Assembly: GCA_963809925.1 (NCBI GenBank)
Contig: CAWELH010000004.1
Span: 64,715-128,714 of the forward strand
Length of the DNA stretch: 64,000 nucleotides
Direction: 5' to 3'
DNA from: an uncultured Bacteroidales bacterium
GTDB taxonomy: Bacteria; Bacteroidota; Bacteroidia; Bacteroidales; GCA-2748055
How positions within the stretch are numbered: position 1 is the stretch's first letter; every line of letters begins with the position of its first letter. The notes under the pieces are model-generated. The model did not search any database. It was given only the letters and a program-made list of their open reading frames with translations, and was not told the origin of the DNA. Shown in pieces: positions 61,919 through 64,000 of the stretch. Made by a program: the position numbers and the translations under genes.

Positions 61919-62575
61919 TTATTTCGTGGCCCTCAGCATCTCTCGCTTCCCGGGAGGTCCCTTGATCTTTTCAATGATAAAACCACAGGAGCGGAGTGCC
62001 CGCTGAACATCTCCCTTGACCGAATACGTGGTCAGAATGCCACCTTTGTTCAGTGCTTCATAAAGGGCAGCAAATATTTTCCGCGACCAAAGATCAGGTT
62101 GTACATCAGGAGAAAAGGCATCAAAAAAGATGAGGTCCATAGTATTCGTAAAGGTATAATCATGAAGATCGCACCGGATCTTTTCAATGGTGAAACATTC
62201 ATGCAACTGGCAGCTGCGGTCCCATGGCGCCTCATGGATCATCCTGTAATACGCTGCTGCTTCATTGGTATAAAGTTGCCCGAAATTCAACCCATCCCAT
62301 TCATCCTTTGTCAACGGGTACTTCTCCACACTCAGATATTTGACAATTAACGATCTGTCAACAGCTTCTTTCATAGTTAAAAGCGCATTCAGGCCGGTTC
62401 CGAATCCGACTTCAAATATTACGGCATTGCTCAGTCCACTGTAGATCAGACACTCCTTGATAAACACATGACACGATTCCTGCACAGCCCCATGAATCGA
62501 ATGGTAGTGCTCATTTAAGCCCGGTACATATATAGTATGTGAACCATCCCCGGAAATTACCGCTTGTCTTTCCAT
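61919..62575 (-). CDS. mnmD: MnmC C-terminal-domain-like / MnmD SAM-dependent tRNA methyltransferase (DUF752)
   Basis: 218 aa. HSIHGAVQES, EVGFGTGLN and DLIFFDAFSPDVQPDLW are typical of the family. Confidence 0.75.
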   Translation of the reverse strand: MERQAVISGDGSHTIYVPGLNEHYHSIHGAVQESCHVFIKECLIYSGLSNAVIFEVGFGTGLNALLTMKEAVDRSLIVKYLSVEKYPLTKDEWDGLNFGQLYTNEAAAYYRMIHEAPWDRSCQLHECFTIEKIRCDLHDYTFTNTMDLIFFDAFSPDVQPDLWSRKIFAALYEALNKGGILTTYSVKGDVQRALRSCGFIIEKIKGPPGKREMLRATK

Positions 62576-63067
62576 GTCAGTTTGAATCCGACAAAGTTAA
62601 TCGTCATCTTGAAATGTAAAACTTAAATAATGTTAATATTTTCAAATTCGTAATCTCCCATCCAATATTATTTAATACATTGTAAATGAGCATAATATAA
62701 TATTTATCTGCTCGTAATACCTGGATAAGGTATCTCAGTATCCGCTACAATATACCTGTTGAAGTCACCAGGGTGCGTAAAACAGGAAAGGGTCACCGGC
62801 AGCCATGGCAAATGGAATTAAAAATTCGCCACATACCCAGTGAATTGTCCATCTGGTATAAATCTACAATGAAAGTGAAATAAAATTGACGGAGGTATTT
62901 ACTATTTCATTGGTGTATTATACATTTACGCCATGCAGTATCACATCGGATTTCACCAGATCAGGATATTCAGAATGAGCAGATGCCCGAACAATGATGC
63001 AACCCGGGCAAACGTGTCTGGCATGGGGAAGCCACTGATACCAGTGCTATTAAACTAAACTGATTGT

Positions 63068-63781
63068 ATGAAAAAACATCATGATGATGTTTTGGGACTT
63101 GCTTTAAAAGATTTCCTCAGCACCGGAAAAGAGCGTGATATTATCGTTCATTCACCAGATTTTGAGGATGATGTAATACCGGTATCCTACTATTTCAGAA
63201 AAAGGAATCAATTGCCTCCACTCGAAAAAGATGCGCTGGCACTGTGCCGGGGCCGGGTACTGGATGCCGGCGCCGGTGCAGGGTCTCATGCACTCATCCT
63301 GCAAGAAAAAGGCTTTGACGTCACCACGCTCGATATTTCAGTTGGAGCCTGTGATGTGATGAAGCAAAGGGGTGTGAAAAAAGTAGTCAGAGAAGATATT
63401 TTCAATGCCAGGGAGGGGAAATTTGATACGATTCTGATGCTCATGAACGGAATAGGTCTGGTGAAATCAATTGCCGGTCTGAAAATTTTTCTGAAAAGAC
63501 TACCAGAAATATTGAACCAGGGCGGGCAGGTGATCTTTGATTCCACAAACCTGGTTTACCTTCTGCAGCAGGATGACGGCTCAGTCCTATTAAACCTGAA
63601 TGATGTATATTATGGAGAAATTGAGTTTCAGCTTGAATATGCCGGCTTCATCTCCGAATCATTTAACTGGTTATATATCGATTTTGACACGCTCGACTGG
63701 CTTACCGATAACGCGGGGATTAGTTCAGAGCTTATACGGGAAGGTGAGAATATGAGTTTCCTGGGAAGGATCACCTTTTAG
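63068..63781 (+). CDS. Class I SAM-dependent methyltransferase
   Basis: Motif I VLDAGAGAGSH and a post-I acidic residue (DIS). Confidence 0.75.
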   Translation: MKKHHDDVLGLALKDFLSTGKERDIIVHSPDFEDDVIPVSYYFRKRNQLPPLEKDALALCRGRVLDAGAGAGSHALILQEKGFDVTTLDISVGACDVMKQRGVKKVVREDIFNAREGKFDTILMLMNGIGLVKSIAGLKIFLKRLPEILNQGGQVIFDSTNLVYLLQQDDGSVLLNLNDVYYGEIEFQLEYAGFISESFNWLYIDFDTLDWLTDNAGISSELIREGENMSFLGRITF

Positions 63782-63998
63782 ATCTGCCGGGCAGGTATTC
63801 TCCATATATATTATCGAGGGCTTTAAACATATTGATTTTCGATTTCGGATAATCCGCAGCCAGCTTCTCGATGACTTCCCTGGTGTATCTTCGTTTCGTC
63901 TCAGTATCAAACGGGCAGCGTTTTTCTTCCTTCATGAAACCACGAAGACCCGCATATTCCTCCAGATCATTCTCCCAGATATCGAGCAGAGGACGTAT
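63771..63998 (-). CDS. C-terminal fragment of a TtcA-like PP-loop ATPase (5' end outside window)
   Basis: Hand translation of the minus strand: IRPLLDIWENDLEEYAGLRGFMKEEKRCPFDTETKRRYTREVIEKLAADYPKSKINMFKALDNIYGEYLPGRSKR*. The frame is open to the window edge and resembles the TtcA/tRNA thiolase C-terminus. Confidence 0.5.
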   Translation of the reverse strand: MRPLLDIWENDLEEYAGLRGFMKEEKRCPFDTETKRRYTREVIEKLAADYPKSKINMFKALDNIYGEYLPGRSKR

Positions 63999-64000
63999 AA

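Noticed and set aside
63725-63910. 61-aa minus-strand ORF from the ORF track.
   Set aside because: A different minus-strand frame is open to the window edge and encodes a convincing TtcA-like C-terminus (63771-63998).

Overview
The window reads as a Bacteroidota chromosomal segment, mostly housekeeping and envelope genes. GC is mid-40s % by eye. Shine-Dalgarno signals are largely absent, GTG/TTG starts occur, and Bacteroidota-typical families are present (GWxTD, SPOR, paired FtsX permeases, ECF sigma plus porin-like partner).

Confident calls:
- DNA, RNA and translation: recA, uvrA, miaA, smpB, rlmD, rlmB, a second SpoU/TrmH methyltransferase, an MnmC/MnmD-like methyltransferase, tRNA-Ser(GCU).
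- Proteostasis and redox: a clpS-nfeD-floA operon, bcp, an FKBP isomerase, a LOG-family protein.
- Transport: a MacAB-like ABC/FtsX/HlyD efflux operon, an ABC-2 pair, an ABC-F ATPase, an AGCS symporter, an SLC12-like permease, a CaCA antiporter, two MscS channels.
- Secreted and envelope: a serpin lipoprotein, an M64 peptidase, a GWxTD protein.
- Regulation: an AsnC/Lrp regulator and two ECF-type sigma factors.

I found no transposase, integrase, CRISPR array, cas gene or recognisable defence gene.

Things not explained by ordinary annotation:
1. Two separate three-copy tandem repeat arrays. One (~345-bp units, 1039-2070) carries an internal heptamer microsatellite. The other (~158-160-bp units, 9831-10281) abuts tRNA-Ser and contains an inverted copy of the tRNA-flanking sequence.
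2. An ECF sigma / TPR-CHAT protease / anti-sigma-like TPR / GG-leader peptide / sensor-less histidine kinase neighbourhood (54.4-60.2 kb). Its TPR-CHAT gene is half decayed inside a sharp AT-rich island.
3. Stem-loops at 60234-60455, two of them with an identical 12-nt loop on covarying stems.
4. A DUF3127 protein with an SSB-like acidic DDLPF tail.
5. A single frameshift in lpdA.

The best candidate for an undescribed system is the sigma/CHAT/anti-sigma module. I cannot show that it is novel, and part of it is a pseudogene. All homology statements rest on recognising motifs by eye; no database search was run.
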